Below are positions 62,462 to 64,000 of a DNA stretch of 64,000 nt, piece after piece (position 1 is the first letter of the stretch; each line of letters starts with the position of its first letter). The translations under genes were made by a program, and so were the position numbers. The DNA is from Tubulanus polymorphus (Eukaryota; Animalia; Nemertea). The notes beneath the pieces were generated by a model, which ran no database searches, was not told the origin of the DNA, and saw nothing but the letters and a program-made list of their open reading frames with translations. The stretch spans positions 3,557,950-3,621,949 of the forward strand of contig NC_134026.1 in assembly GCF_964204645.1 (NCBI RefSeq), in the 5' to 3' direction.

Positions 62462-64000
62462 CTAAAAATTCACGAATTTATATAGGTTATCACGATGTAT
62501 CAATGTACTCCGGCTTCGTTAGGTTCACATTACTCGATGCGCATTTTCTGCTTCCATTATTAAAAACGACCGTAAAACATACTCTACCGTAATGATTACC
62601 GTAACTATTTATACCACAGTGACGAATACGTGTGGAAGGTATCGGTAATAAAATCCAGGAGCGGGTAATCAAATATGTATACATATATATATTTATCGTG
62701 AACATTGTAATCGGGGCATTAAAACTCCTACGTCGAATTTCTGAGCTGTTTCTCATCTGACCGTCTAGACCATTCGCATACCAAGAGATGCAACAGGTGC
62801 GGTTGAAATATCACCTGATGATGATACGAGTTCCATTCTATATCGAAACTCATTCCCTATGCCTCAATCTATCTATCTATCTATCCATTATATCTGTAGT
62901 ATCTATCAGTAATAATGCACTTAGATGAGTTTGGTTTTTGTTTTTTTCCCGATCCGTTGGTCTCATTTGCGAACATAGCTGTAAATCATACTGTTAATTA
63001 AATCTAGCACTGAACCAAGCCTAGAATGTAATAAATGTTGTCTTGGTTCTAACTCTTAAGTAAGAAATTGTTCTTTTTTCTTCATCAGAAGCTCCCATCC
63101 CCTTTTCCTTGTCTACCACTTGGGCCTTATTTCTTTTAGCCTCATAAACCCTACAAGCACGAACAAGTAAATACTTCTCCGCGAATTTTAACAAATATGA
63201 TTGATACTAAATCGCTAAAGATTGATACCACGACGTTTCGGCTGTTTCAGGGTTCTACCTGGCTCGATAAGATTAATATTTCACGCTAAAAAACCAATCG
63301 GATGTCGATTTCGCAGAACAAAATTACTGCAATATCGAATTCGACGAAGAGAACTAATTGCACTTACCATAATTCTTCGATGAATTGAACAAGATATTGT
63401 GGAAAGGGTCCGAATTGTAGTTGAACACACGTATACTGTAGAATATACCCGATATTCACAGGTTCCTCGCCTCCAGACGTAATGAACCTTGTGTAAATGA
63501 CTGGATATAAATACCTTAAGCAATATAAGCGTGCATGATATATGTAAACGTACCTACAAAGTTACTGCAGACCATTCCTACCATACCGGATGTTGGACTA
63601 GGGCCCATTTCTTTTCGTCATAGACATTGTACGTAGTCGGGTTCTTTATTTTTGATCTGGTGGCATCGTCTTGACTTGGTAAAACTTTGCAATGAATCGC
63701 GAACGATGAGAGTGATATTTGACATTGATTATGTCCCACAATCACGAAATCTAATTTTTTCTTTTAAATGTCGTAACGTTAAGATTTTTCAAGAATCCGA
63801 ATTTTCGGTTTTTAACTAAAAATTCCAATGAATTTAATGAATAATTTAATAATGATAATTAATGAGGAGATAGAAATCATCAAAGGGGATGATAAAAAGG
63901 GAAAGCCAGAGATAATAGCTGGATCCCAGCGAAAATAGCTGGATTCTAATAAATAATCTAATAAATCTTAACGTTACGATATTTATAAGAAAGTATATGT

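Overview
Eukaryotic (animal) genomic DNA: AT-rich, gene-dense, with many short GT-AG introns. It is most consistent with a marine invertebrate, probably a lophotrochozoan (inference). Most entries in the ORF track are exon fragments or antisense shadows. Gene models assembled by hand from splice sites and recalled family motifs, in order: 3' part of DCAF15 (+); SNX30/SNX7-type PX-BAR sorting nexin (-) with an intronless class A GPCR nested antisense in intron 2; INIP/SOSS-C (+) head-to-head with the sorting nexin; a second class A GPCR paralog (-); two class C (mGluR-like) orphan GPCRs (-) flanking an astacin-ShKT metalloprotease (-); an intronless C3orf20/FAM194-domain gene (+); THNSL2 (+); a secreted 3x C-type lectin + kringle gene (-); NK4/tinman/Nkx2-5 (-); and the 3' part of a Pro/Ala/Glu-repeat gene (-). 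There are also several small MITE, LINE and Helentron-like relics. The most striking signal is in the two class C GPCRs: their ligand-binding first exons are highly divergent, but they share a 297-bp ECL2-TM7 tract with only 2 synonymous differences, a variable-sensor/constant-transducer pattern. One copy has also lost both cysteines of the VFT-CRD coupling disulfide. No database searches were run, so gene names rest on recalled motifs.
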